Below are positions 16,439 to 25,409 of a stretch of DNA of 52,441 nucleotides, piece after piece; position 1 is the stretch's first letter; every line of letters starts with the position of its first letter. Source of the stretch: an uncultured Elusimicrobia bacterium (GTDB lineage Bacteria; Elusimicrobiota; Elusimicrobia; UBA1565; UBA9628). A program made the translations under genes and the position numbers. Below the pieces are notes generated by a model that worked only from the letters and a program-made list of their open reading frames with translations, had not been told where the DNA came from and did not search any database. The stretch lies in NCBI GenBank assembly GCA_964374095.1, contig CAYJXJ010000006.1:4339-56779 (forward strand), read 5' to 3'.

Positions 16439-17490
16439 AGAGAAGGCACCCTCGCGCCTGGGCGGGTTGCATTCTGACAGCGGCGGCGGTCCTGCCGCCG
16501 CCGCTGTGGCCGTTCCCCTACAACACCGGCGGTTCCCCGGCGCAATTCCTGGAGATCGGGGCGGGGGCGCGCGCCCTGGGAATGGGGGATGCCTATGCCG
16601 CGGTCGCCGAAGGGCCCGAGGCGGTCTACTGGAATCCCGCCGGCTTGGCCTCCATCTCCCGGCCCGAGTTCGCCTACAGCCGCAGCGAGCATATGCGGGG
16701 TTTCCACCACGATTGGGGGGCCTACGCCCACCCGGTCAAGGCGATTCGGGGGACGCTCGCCGTTTCGTTGACCCATTTTTCCCAGGATACCTTGCCCGTA
16801 CTGACCAACGCGGGCGCGCCGGCGGGGAATTTCAACCCTCATTCGGAGGTGATCGCGGTCGCTTACGCCTCCCAATTCAAGAGCGGGGAAAGGCGGCACG
16901 AAAAGGAGCGGGAGTATTTCGCGGATACCTGGAACGTTCCCGGGGCGCACCGACCGCTCGATGAGGCCTACGAACCATGGACGGGGACGGTTCTGGCGGG
17001 CGTGTCGGTGAAAGCGGTGCGCGAGACCTACTACCTGCGCAACGCCACCGCCTTCGCGATCGACGGCGGCGCCCTCTTCAGGCCGTTGGTTCTCAAGGAC
17101 CTCAGCCTCGCCTTCGCCTTCCGCAACATCGGGGAGGGAATGCGGTTCATCAAGGAGGATCACAGGCTTCCGGTCGAGCTCGAGTTCGGCGCGGCCTACC
17201 AATGGCGCTGGCGCGGCTCCAAACTCCTCGCCGCGACCGCCGTGACCCTGCCATACTACGGCCTTGCCCACGCGCAGTTCGGCGCGGAATTCTCGCGGAC
17301 CATCGCCAAGAAATCTTGGGGTGCCCTGCGCGTGGGCCTCAAGACCCGAACCCTGGATGATCTGGAGCCCCTCTCGGGACTCACGGCGGGGGCGGGCTTG
17401 CGCGCCGGCGCGGTCGCGCTCGATTTCGCCGCCCAGCCCGCGGCCGGCCTCGGAGAGACTTACCGCATGAGCCTGTCCTACCGCTTCTAA
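16435..17490 (+). CDS. PorV/PorQ-like outer-membrane beta-barrel protein
   Basis: 351 aa, GTG start in a GTGA overlap with the S8 stop. N-terminal FLEIGAGARALGMGDAYAAVAEGPEAVYWNPAGLA matches the PorV/PorQ family N-terminal motif as I remember it. Alternating beta-strand pattern and a C-terminal aromatic (SLSYRF). Confidence 0.6.
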   Translation: MKRRHPRAWAGCILTAAAVLPPPLWPFPYNTGGSPAQFLEIGAGARALGMGDAYAAVAEGPEAVYWNPAGLASISRPEFAYSRSEHMRGFHHDWGAYAHPVKAIRGTLAVSLTHFSQDTLPVLTNAGAPAGNFNPHSEVIAVAYASQFKSGERRHEKEREYFADTWNVPGAHRPLDEAYEPWTGTVLAGVSVKAVRETYYLRNATAFAIDGGALFRPLVLKDLSLAFAFRNIGEGMRFIKEDHRLPVELEFGAAYQWRWRGSKLLAATAVTLPYYGLAHAQFGAEFSRTIAKKSWGALRVGLKTRTLDDLEPLSGLTAGAGLRAGAVALDFAAQPAAGLGETYRMSLSYRF

Positions 17491-17491
17491 T

Positions 17492-17504
17492 GGGGCCAGG
17501 CCCC
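17492..17504. terminator. Short GC hairpin (GGGGCC-A-GGCCCC) between convergent stop codons
   Basis: TAA-T-GGGGCCAGGCCCC overlapping the TAG of the minus-strand MMPL gene. It occupies almost the entire 13-nt convergent spacer. Confidence 0.3.
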
Positions 17505-20089
17505 TAAGTTTTGCCCGGCCCGAAAGGCTTGGTCAGCAGGATGAGGGCCGGCAGCAGGGTCTGGGACGAGACGCAAGCCGTGACCATCGCGGCCCCCGTG
17601 AGGAGCCCGAAGAGCACGGTCGGCACGAAATTCGAGAAGGCGAGGATCGAGAAGCCCGCCGTGATGGCCAGCGAGGTGTAGTACATCGCGTTGCCGATTG
17701 TGGAGTGGCAGCGGTGCATGGCCTCGAGGTAGCCGGCCCCCGCTTCGATCTCGAATCGGAAGCGGTAGACGTAGTGGATGGCGTCGTCGATGCCGATCCC
17801 GATGGCGATCGAGACGATGGTGATGGTCATCACGTCCAAGGGGACTCCCCCCAGGCCCATGATCCCGAGCACGCTCAAAGACGAGAGCAGCTGCGGCAGC
17901 AAAGCGATGGCGGCGAGCTTGAGCGACCGAAATAGGATCACGAGCATCACCAGCAGGGCCGCGACGGTGGTGCCGATGGTCTTGATCTGCGAACTGAAGA
18001 GGCTCTGCAGCATGTTGTTGTAGAGGAGCATGAGCCCGCTCACGCGGAACTGGTCTTCCCTCAAGCCGACCTTTGCGACGAGATCGCGGCGCACCCGCGC
18101 GATGAGCTCCGCTCGGCGCAGGGAACGCCGGGAGTCCTTGATCCGGGTCGTGATCCTCGCCTCGTCGCGCTCCACGGAGACGTAGGGAGTCACGAGTATG
18201 CTGCGGAACTTGTCGGAGATGGCGTTGTAGAGGAGAGCCAGGGCGAAATTATCGAAGGCTTTCCCTCCGTTGAGGTCCACGGCGGTCTTGTAGAGCGTGG
18301 CCAGGGAGAGGACCTTGCCCGTCTCCGGCAGACCGTCGAGATAGTCGTGGACCTTTCCGATGGCGGCGAGGCGCTCGGTCGTGTACCAGTATTTTGAGGG
18401 GTCCTTCTCGGCCGCCTCGAATTCCTCGAATCCTTCGAATTCCTTGTCGCCGGCCCCCGGTTCGGCCAGGGGTCGCCGGGGGCCGCCGGTCTTGAATTCG
18501 ACGATGATGTCGAGCGGCGTGGTCCCGCCCAGTTCCTCGTCGATGAACTTCATCCCCTGGTAGATATCGGTGCTCGTTCGGAAGTAATCGATAAAGCTGT
18601 TCTCGACCTCCAGGCGGGAAATGCCGAGCCCGGTCGCGACCGCGAGCCCGGCGAAGCCCGCGAGAATCAGCGGGCGGCGCCGCTCGGTCATCCTCGCGAA
18701 GAATCCGGTGACGGGCGTCCCGAACTCCGATTCCGCGGCGGGGGGCGGCTTGGGCAGCCAGGCCATTCCCGCCGGCAGGAGCCAGTAGACGATGATCATG
18801 GAGAGGACCAGCCCCATGGTCATGATCGAGCCGAATTGGACCACGGGCAGGATGTCGCAGAAGACGAGGGACTGAAAGCCCGCGATGGTCGTAAGGGTGG
18901 CGAAGAGGCAGGGCGCGAAACTCCCGCGCACCGCCTTGAGAACCAGTTCGTGATTGTCCGCCTCGGGGAACTTGCGCAGGAGCTCCCGGTAGTGGCTGAT
19001 GATATGGATGGCGATGGACATGGTGAGGATCAGCTGCAGGGAGACGAAGTTCGAGGAAACGACGGTGACGTCCCACTCGAGCAGTCCCATCCCGCCCATC
19101 ATGATGAGGACGGCCGCCACGCAGCAGAGCATGGGCAGGAGGACCCAGCGGGCCAGGCGGTAGATCAGGTAGAGGGTGGTCATCACGAAGGCCAGCATCG
19201 CGAAGCCAAAGACAATGAGATCGCTCCGGATGTAGGACATGATGTCCTCGACGATCATGGGCACGCCCCCCAGAAAAAAGCGCGCCTCGGGGCGGTAGCG
19301 GCCGATGATGCGCCGGATGGCGAGGATGTCCCCATGGCGCCGGTCTTGGACGTCGTCCTTGTAGGCCCGGTAGCGCCGCTCGAGGTCCCGGAGCTCCCTG
19401 CGTTCCGTTGGAACGAGGGGCGCCTGCCGCCGCTTCTCCCGCAGGGCCGAGCGCCTTGAGACGAGATCGATGTCGTCCTGGGGGACGCTGAAATTGATCT
19501 GGATGGCCGTGGACTTGAGGTCCTGCCCCACGATGAGATTCTGGTAGATCGGGCTGGTACGGAACTCCGAGACCGCGAACTTCAAGTCCGCCTTGGGGGA
19601 TTCGAGCGTCTTGATGTTGTCCTTGAGCTCCTTGAGGGTGCCGGGAGGGTTGCGCAGGAGCGGCACGTCGAGCATGGTGACGACCGAAGACACCCCGCGC
19701 AGGCGGCTCAGGTCCATACGGATTCTTCGCAGTCTTCCTATGGCCGCGGTGGAAAAGAGGTCCTCCGGAGGGGTGTAGGTGATGACGACAAAATCGCCAT
19801 AGTCATACCGGGAACTCATCGCCCGGTAGTAGCGGACATCATCGTCGTGCTCCAGGACGAGGGCGTCGCCGGAGGCGTCGAGCCGGAAATCCGGAATCCA
19901 ACGGCAGAAGACCGCGGTCGCCGCGGCCAACGCGAGGACCGAGACCGCGGGTCGCCGCAGCACGAGGAGGTCGTAGAGCGCCAGAAGGCGTTCTACGTTC
20001 CAGCGCCTCGCGGCGGGCGGCGCGGCGGGGGATGCGGCGCCCGGCGAGGGGCGCTCCGAGTTCCCGGGGGGCGAGGCGGGAGACGCCAT
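17504..20089 (-). CDS. MMPL/RND-superfamily lipid exporter (HpnN-like)
   Basis: ATG at 20089 (MASPASPPG...) in a TAATG overlap with the mlaC stop, 861 aa. Two 6-TM bundles, each followed by a large soluble loop. Motifs such as GIGIDDAIHYVYRF and PLDIIVEF are typical of MMPL/HpnN transporters. Confidence 0.85.
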   Translation of the reverse strand: MASPASPPGNSERPSPGAASPAAPPAARRWNVERLLALYDLLVLRRPAVSVLALAAATAVFCRWIPDFRLDASGDALVLEHDDDVRYYRAMSSRYDYGDFVVITYTPPEDLFSTAAIGRLRRIRMDLSRLRGVSSVVTMLDVPLLRNPPGTLKELKDNIKTLESPKADLKFAVSEFRTSPIYQNLIVGQDLKSTAIQINFSVPQDDIDLVSRRSALREKRRQAPLVPTERRELRDLERRYRAYKDDVQDRRHGDILAIRRIIGRYRPEARFFLGGVPMIVEDIMSYIRSDLIVFGFAMLAFVMTTLYLIYRLARWVLLPMLCCVAAVLIMMGGMGLLEWDVTVVSSNFVSLQLILTMSIAIHIISHYRELLRKFPEADNHELVLKAVRGSFAPCLFATLTTIAGFQSLVFCDILPVVQFGSIMTMGLVLSMIIVYWLLPAGMAWLPKPPPAAESEFGTPVTGFFARMTERRRPLILAGFAGLAVATGLGISRLEVENSFIDYFRTSTDIYQGMKFIDEELGGTTPLDIIVEFKTGGPRRPLAEPGAGDKEFEGFEEFEAAEKDPSKYWYTTERLAAIGKVHDYLDGLPETGKVLSLATLYKTAVDLNGGKAFDNFALALLYNAISDKFRSILVTPYVSVERDEARITTRIKDSRRSLRRAELIARVRRDLVAKVGLREDQFRVSGLMLLYNNMLQSLFSSQIKTIGTTVAALLVMLVILFRSLKLAAIALLPQLLSSLSVLGIMGLGGVPLDVMTITIVSIAIGIGIDDAIHYVYRFRFEIEAGAGYLEAMHRCHSTIGNAMYYTSLAITAGFSILAFSNFVPTVLFGLLTGAAMVTACVSSQTLLPALILLTKPFGPGKT

Positions 20090-20724
20090 TAGGGCTTGGC
20101 GGAGGCGGATTTCTTCCCGGCGGCCTTGAGGTCCTTGGGGGCTTCCAACGACTTCTCCCGCAGCTTGGCGATGAGGCCGTCGGGATTCGAGGTCTGCAGG
20201 AACTGATCGTACTGCGAGCCGTAGGCCCGCACCAGGCTCACGCCCTCGATCTCCACGTCGTAGATCCTCCACGCGCCGCCGCTGAGATAGAGCTTGTACA
20301 GGATGGTGTAGCGCTCCCCCTTGGAGACCACGCGGGTGAGCATCTGGTATTTGCCCTTTTCTCCGGGAGACGGCGCCTCGAACTCCACGGACTCGTCGGT
20401 GAAGAGGTCGATTTTATCGACGTAGGACTCGCGCATCGTGGTCACGAAGAGCCGGATGAACTCCTTGCGTTGGGGCTCGGAGAACTTGGGCCAGTGGACT
20501 CGGCCCAAGGCGAGTTTGGCCATGAGGGGCAGATCGAAGAGTGGGTCGACGACCGCCAGGACGCGCTTCTTGCGCTCCTCACCCTTGACCGACTTGTCCC
20601 GAAGCACGCCCAGGACCGTGTTGACCGACTTCTCGACCACGGCCCGGACCCGCCCGGCCTCGTCGGCCGCCGCGGCGGGCGGCCCGGCCGCCAGCAAACT
20701 CCACGCCACGAGGGCGGCTGTCAC
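20089..20724 (-). CDS. mlaC: MlaC/Ttg2D-family periplasmic lipid-binding protein
   Basis: Contains VLGVLRDKSVKGEERKKRVLAVVDPLFDLPLMAKLALGRVHWPKFSEPQRKEFIRLF...WRIYDVEIEGVSLV. The longest ORF start would overlap mlaA by about 100 nt. An in-frame GTG at 20724 (VTAALVAWSLLAAG..., signal peptide) lies 7 nt after the mlaA stop. The start is uncertain. Confidence 0.8.
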   Translation of the reverse strand: MTAALVAWSLLAAGPPAAAADEAGRVRAVVEKSVNTVLGVLRDKSVKGEERKKRVLAVVDPLFDLPLMAKLALGRVHWPKFSEPQRKEFIRLFVTTMRESYVDKIDLFTDESVEFEAPSPGEKGKYQMLTRVVSKGERYTILYKLYLSGGAWRIYDVEIEGVSLVRAYGSQYDQFLQTSNPDGLIAKLREKSLEAPKDLKAAGKKSASAKP

Positions 20725-20731
20725 ACGCGGC

Positions 20732-21526
20732 TCATTCCTGCACCTTCTTTTCGCGGTTCTGAAGGTGCGCGTCGCGAATGAACGTATATGGATCGAGGGA
20801 GTCCTTCTTGAGCTTCTCGTAGTCCCCAATATGCAGGGAGAGGTAGTTGAAGTAGTAGCCCGACGAGACGCCGAAGTACACCCATTGATCGGCGAGGTAG
20901 TAGACGGGGTTGAGAAGGAAGTTGGGGCCCATCCCGACGGTGTCTCGGAGGTTGTTCTGGCCCAGGAGGGGGAGCACGAGCGGAGGGCCGGCCCCGATTC
21001 CGTAGAATCCGAAGGTTTGCCCGAAGTCTTCCTCGCTGGGTTTGAGCTTGAACCACGCCCACGCGGGGTCGAAGAGCCCGCCGATCCCGATGGTGGTGTT
21101 GAGGGTGAACCTGCCCAACTCGCGGCCCGCGCCGGCGAATTTACCCTGGAACCCGGAGTTCACGAAACGGATGGGGAAGTAGAGGTTGTCGTAGGCGCGT
21201 CCAATGGAGACCCGGACGGGCTCGGGAGCGAAGAAGCCGTAGAACATCGCCGCGGGCTTGGCCATCCAGAAGTAAAACTTGTCGTTGACGGCGAACATCG
21301 CCCGGTTGTAGCCGCGCAGCGGGTCCCATGCCGGCTTGGCCGGCTGGCCCCTGGTCTCCGGGCTTTCGAAGGCGTCGAAGTCCACGTCCGTGGCGAAGGG
21401 CGCGCCGGGGGTGGCGGGTTTGGCCTTGGCGGCCGGCTTGGCCTTTCGGGAGGACTGGGCTTGGGCCGCTAGGGGCCCCCCCGGCGTCAGGAGAATCGCC
21501 GTCAGGATGAGAATCGTTGATTTCAT
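20732..21526 (-). CDS. mlaA: MlaA/VacJ-family outer-membrane lipid-transfer protein (no lipobox Cys seen)
   Basis: ATG at 21526 (MKSTILILTAILLTPGGPLAAQAQ...). Contains DPLRGYNRAMFAVNDKFYFWMAKP, NTTIGIGGLFDPA and DFGQTFGFYGIG, characteristic of VacJ. Confidence 0.85.
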   Translation of the reverse strand: MKSTILILTAILLTPGGPLAAQAQSSRKAKPAAKAKPATPGAPFATDVDFDAFESPETRGQPAKPAWDPLRGYNRAMFAVNDKFYFWMAKPAAMFYGFFAPEPVRVSIGRAYDNLYFPIRFVNSGFQGKFAGAGRELGRFTLNTTIGIGGLFDPAWAWFKLKPSEEDFGQTFGFYGIGAGPPLVLPLLGQNNLRDTVGMGPNFLLNPVYYLADQWVYFGVSSGYYFNYLSLHIGDYEKLKKDSLDPYTFIRDAHLQNREKKVQE

Positions 21527-21640
21527 GATATCCCCCGCGAGATGATTCGTCACACCGGACCTCCCCAATGTTTAATCCCAAAACCGCGAAAAATCAAGGG
21601 GCGGGACACCCGGGGCTGAAATCCGGATTTCACGCGCGGG

Positions 21641-24016
21641 TCATTTCGAGCCGGCCTTCGACCCCGCGCGGACATGCGCCAGGGCCTCCTCGGCGAGTAT
21701 GCGGATGCGGCTGTTGGCGCTGCGCGACGCCGCCTTCAAGGCCGGGAGGGCCCGTTCGTCTTCGAGCTGGCCGAGCACCGAGATGGCGACGATGGCCAGG
21801 CGTTCATCGGGGTCATCTAGGGCGCCGGCGACCGCGGTAAAGGCCTGGTCGGAGACGGCGTGGTACTCCCCGAGGCTGCGCAGCGCCGTCGCTCGCACCG
21901 AAAAACCGTTGGGCGGCCGGCTCAGGCCCGCCAAAAGGCGGACATTGCCGGGGTCCCGGATCGAGGCCAGGCCCGCGGTCGCGCCCGCGGCCACGGTGTC
22001 GCGGTAGGACCGCTCCGACAGGGCTCGGCGCAGGGTGCGAGCGAGTTCGGGCCGCCGCAGGGCTCCCAATCCGCGCAGGGCCTCGGCCCGGACATTGAAG
22101 GAGGGATCCCGCCGGGCCAGGCGCTCCAGCACGGGCCGGCTGGCGTTCTCGGAAAACTGGGACAAGGCCGAGACCGCGGCGCGGCGCACCTTGGGGTGGG
22201 CGTGGCGGGTCAGTCGCGCCGCGGCGTCGGCGGCGGCGCCGGACCGTATCCCCCCGAGGGCCCGGGCCATTTCGGCGGCCGCGCCCCAGAATTTGTCGGC
22301 GCGGGAGGCGGACTCAAGGAGGGCGACGGTGCGCGAATCTCCCCAGCGAGACAGGGGGCCCGCCGCCAACAGGCGGCTGACGCCCGAGGGGGCGCGCCGG
22401 AGCTGATGGGCCCACATCCGCCAGGGCTTGGGAAAATCCAGCCGCTTGAGCAGGAGATGCCGGGGGTCGAACTCGACGTTCAAAGGCTCGCCGGGGAGGA
22501 AATAGCGCCACCGCGTCTCTTTGCGGGTGAGATTTTCCTTGAACTCCCGCGTCCAGCCGCGGCCCTCGAAACGCAGCTCCACCGGAGCCTTGAAGACCTT
22601 GGAGTCGTCGCCTTCCTGGCGCTGGAGCACCCACAGGCCGGCGCGCCGGCGGCTCTGGTCCCAGCTGTATCGCACGCGGAAGTTTGGATACCCGGCCCGG
22701 TAAATCCACTGGTCGAAAAATCCCTGGAGGTTGCGGCCGGTCGCTTCGGCGATGGCCGCGATCAGGTCCGAGGTCTCGACGCTGGCGTCGCGGTTCTTGG
22801 CGACGTAGTGGCGCACCGACTTCCACCACAGGTCCTCCCCGAGTTCCGCGCGGAGCATGTGCAGAACCCAGGCGCCCTTTTCGTAGGTGTGGCGGTCGAA
22901 GAGCGTCCAGGGCAGTTTGTAGGTGCTCGAAACGATAGGGCGGCGGTAGCGGCGGGAATCTTCGTCGAAGTAGAGGTTGGCGTTGGTCCAGAGTTCGTAG
23001 TCGGCCTCGTCGCGTCCCTTGTCGTGTTCGGTGAAGAGGATCTCGAAGTACGTGGCGAAACCCTCGTTGAGCCAGGCGTGCGACCAGTCCCGGCAGGTGA
23101 GAAGGTCTCCGAACCACTGGTGGGCGAGCTCGTGGGCCACCAGGAAGTCGAGGTCGGTGTCGATGCCCGCCCGCCGGTCGATGAGGAGGGCGTCGGTCTG
23201 GGTCGTGCAGGTGGTGTGCTCCATGCCGCCCGGGTACTCGGCGACCGCCACCTGGGCGTACTTCTCGTAAGGATACTTGGCGCCGGTGATGCGGGAGAAG
23301 TGCTCCAGGGCCTTGACGGTCTTCTGAAAACCACGCCGGGCGTCCTCTTCCCGCCCGCGCTCGCAATAGTAGGTCACGGGGATGCCTTCCCACTCCTCGC
23401 TGATCGAGGCGAAGCGGCCGGCCGCCAGGCTGATCAAGTAGATCGAGTGGGGTTGGCCCATCTTCCAATGAAAGGTGCTCTGGTTGCCGGCGTGGGCTTC
23501 TTCAACGAGGGCCCCGTTGGAGACCGCCACGAACCCCTTCGGGACGGTGACCCGCACCTCGCTCGTGGTCTTTTCCTGGGGGCTGTCGTGACAGGGGTAC
23601 CAATAGCGCGCGTCCTCCGGTTGGCTCTGACTCCAAACTTGAACCGGGTTCTTGGGATTGTGCGGTCCCGGATGGACGAAGTGAAGCCCGGCCTGGGGCT
23701 TCACCACCCGGTAGCGCACGACCACGCTGGCTTCCTGGCCGGCGGAGAGGCCGCGGGGAGCGGTGACGGTCAGCGTGCCCGCCCCCAGGCGGTGGCGGCA
23801 GCCCTTGCCGTCCACGGAGACTCCCGAGACCTTGAGGTTGACGGCGTCGAACTCCAGCCTGCGGACCCCGTCGCGGAAGGCTCGCACCAAGGTTGTGCAG
23901 CGGCCGGCCACCGTCCGTCGCGCGAAATCGACGGTCAGGTCGAGCCGCACATGGACCGTGTCGAAGGCCCGGTCGGGCGCGTAGCGAGCGGTCTGACCTA
24001 AGAGCGCCTCGCGCAC
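21641..24016 (-). CDS. M1-family aminopeptidase (aminopeptidase N-like) with C-terminal HEAT/PBS-lyase-type repeats
   Basis: Exopeptidase motif YPGGMEHTT, zinc site HELAHQWFGD plus WLNEGFATY. The C-terminal about 250 aa are Ala/Arg/Leu-rich helical repeats. No ATG exists between the acyl-CoA dehydrogenase stop (24100) and the conserved core; the only ATG/GTG/TTG start is GTG at 24016. Confidence 0.85.
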   Translation of the reverse strand: MREALLGQTARYAPDRAFDTVHVRLDLTVDFARRTVAGRCTTLVRAFRDGVRRLEFDAVNLKVSGVSVDGKGCRHRLGAGTLTVTAPRGLSAGQEASVVVRYRVVKPQAGLHFVHPGPHNPKNPVQVWSQSQPEDARYWYPCHDSPQEKTTSEVRVTVPKGFVAVSNGALVEEAHAGNQSTFHWKMGQPHSIYLISLAAGRFASISEEWEGIPVTYYCERGREEDARRGFQKTVKALEHFSRITGAKYPYEKYAQVAVAEYPGGMEHTTCTTQTDALLIDRRAGIDTDLDFLVAHELAHQWFGDLLTCRDWSHAWLNEGFATYFEILFTEHDKGRDEADYELWTNANLYFDEDSRRYRRPIVSSTYKLPWTLFDRHTYEKGAWVLHMLRAELGEDLWWKSVRHYVAKNRDASVETSDLIAAIAEATGRNLQGFFDQWIYRAGYPNFRVRYSWDQSRRRAGLWVLQRQEGDDSKVFKAPVELRFEGRGWTREFKENLTRKETRWRYFLPGEPLNVEFDPRHLLLKRLDFPKPWRMWAHQLRRAPSGVSRLLAAGPLSRWGDSRTVALLESASRADKFWGAAAEMARALGGIRSGAAADAAARLTRHAHPKVRRAAVSALSQFSENASRPVLERLARRDPSFNVRAEALRGLGALRRPELARTLRRALSERSYRDTVAAGATAGLASIRDPGNVRLLAGLSRPPNGFSVRATALRSLGEYHAVSDQAFTAVAGALDDPDERLAIVAISVLGQLEDERALPALKAASRSANSRIRILAEEALAHVRAGSKAGSK

Positions 24017-24099
24017 GTGAGCCGGGGCGGCCCCCCCCTCGCGTTTTTCCAGCCCGAGGAAGCGGCGCCCGCAGTGCGAAAAGTCCAGGAGGTCGCGGC

Positions 24100-25347
24100 T
24101 CAGGCGGGCACCGCCTCGGCCTTCTGCCGGGAGGCCGCTTCCCGGATCATCATCATGGCGATCTCGTTGCGCTGGATCTGGTTGGTGCCCTCGTAGATCT
24201 GCGTGATCTTTGCGTCGCGCATGAATTTCTCGACGGGGAAATCCCGCATGTAGCCGATGCCGCCGCACATCTGGACGCAGTCGGTGGTGACGCGCATGGC
24301 GGTGTCCGAGCAAAGGACCTTGCACATGGCGGATTCCTTGGTCCAGCGCTTGATGTCGAGCTCGTTCATTTCGTCGTAAACGATCGTGCCGCGCTCCATG
24401 GCCCGGTCGATCGCGGGCTTCATGGCCTTGTCCATGGCCTTGGTGGTGGCGTAGAGCAGCGCGCGCGCCGATTCGATGGCGGTGCCGCAGTCGGCCAACA
24501 TGTGTTGGATGGCCTGGAAGCTCGCGATCGTTTGGCCGAACTGCTTGCGCACGCGGACGTAAGCCATGGTTTCATCGAGCGCCCCTTGAGCGATGCCCAA
24601 GGCTTGGGCGGCGACCCCCGGCCGGGAATTGTCGAAGGTCGTCTGAGCGACATGCAGGCCGTATCCTTCTTTGTAGAGCAGGTTTTCCTTCGGGACCCGG
24701 CAATCCTTGAAGACCAGCTCATAGGTGGGGCTGGCGCGGATGCCCATTTTCTCTTCTTTCTTGCCGAACGCAAAGCCCCCGGTGTTTTTATCGATAATGA
24801 ACGCCGTGATGCCGCGGGCGCCGCGGTTGGGGTTGGTCGTGAAGAAGACCACATAGGTCTCGGCGACCTTGCCCCCGGAGCAGAAATTCTTGATCCCGTT
24901 GAGGACATAGTGGGCGCCGTCGAGCCGAGCGGTCGCCTTGGTCGCCGTGGCGTCCGAGCCCGCCCCCGGTTCCGTAATGCAGAATGAGCCGAGCTTCTTT
25001 CCCGAGGCCAGGTCGGGGAGCCAACTCTGGCGCTGCTGCGTCGTCCCGAAGAGGAGGATCGGGACGCCGCAGAGCCCGGAGGCCGCCACGCACAAGGCGA
25101 TGCCGCCGCAGGCGCGCGAGAGGGCCTCCGCGACGAGGACCTGCTCGAAGTTGCCCCCGCCGAGGCCGCCGTAGGCTTCCGGGAGATAGACCCCGAAGAG
25201 GTCCGCCTTGCGGATCTCTTCGACCACGGGCCAGGGGAATTCCTCGGTCTGGTCGTATTGAGCCCGGACGGGCTTGATCTTCTGATCCGCGAGCTGGCGG
25301 GAGAGCGCGACGATCTCGCCTTGCTGTTCGGTTAGTTCATAGTCCAT
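24100..25347 (-). CDS. Acyl-CoA dehydrogenase
   Basis: 415 aa: FCITEPGAGSD, and a C-terminal GGIGYMRDFPVEKFMRDAKITQIYEGTNQIQR, the classical ACAD signature. Confidence 0.93.
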   Translation of the reverse strand: MDYELTEQQGEIVALSRQLADQKIKPVRAQYDQTEEFPWPVVEEIRKADLFGVYLPEAYGGLGGGNFEQVLVAEALSRACGGIALCVAASGLCGVPILLFGTTQQRQSWLPDLASGKKLGSFCITEPGAGSDATATKATARLDGAHYVLNGIKNFCSGGKVAETYVVFFTTNPNRGARGITAFIIDKNTGGFAFGKKEEKMGIRASPTYELVFKDCRVPKENLLYKEGYGLHVAQTTFDNSRPGVAAQALGIAQGALDETMAYVRVRKQFGQTIASFQAIQHMLADCGTAIESARALLYATTKAMDKAMKPAIDRAMERGTIVYDEMNELDIKRWTKESAMCKVLCSDTAMRVTTDCVQMCGGIGYMRDFPVEKFMRDAKITQIYEGTNQIQRNEIAMMMIREAASRQKAEAVPA

Positions 25348-25409
25348 GGTTTAACTCCTCCTCTATACCGGCCAAACGGGCCGGGGTCGGGCCGTGGGGG
25401 CCGGGGCCG

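Noticed and set aside
21860-24001. 713-aa plus-strand ORF opposite the M1 aminopeptidase
   Set aside because: Shadow ORF. No motifs, Gly/Ala/Arg/Pro-rich. The minus frame carries HEXXH plus E and the GxMEN-like motif.
24017-24325. 5' extension of the aminopeptidase ORF
   Set aside because: It would overlap the acyl-CoA dehydrogenase coding region by more than 200 nt, and it translates to Arg/His-rich noise. The conserved M1 N-terminus begins after the GTG at 24016.
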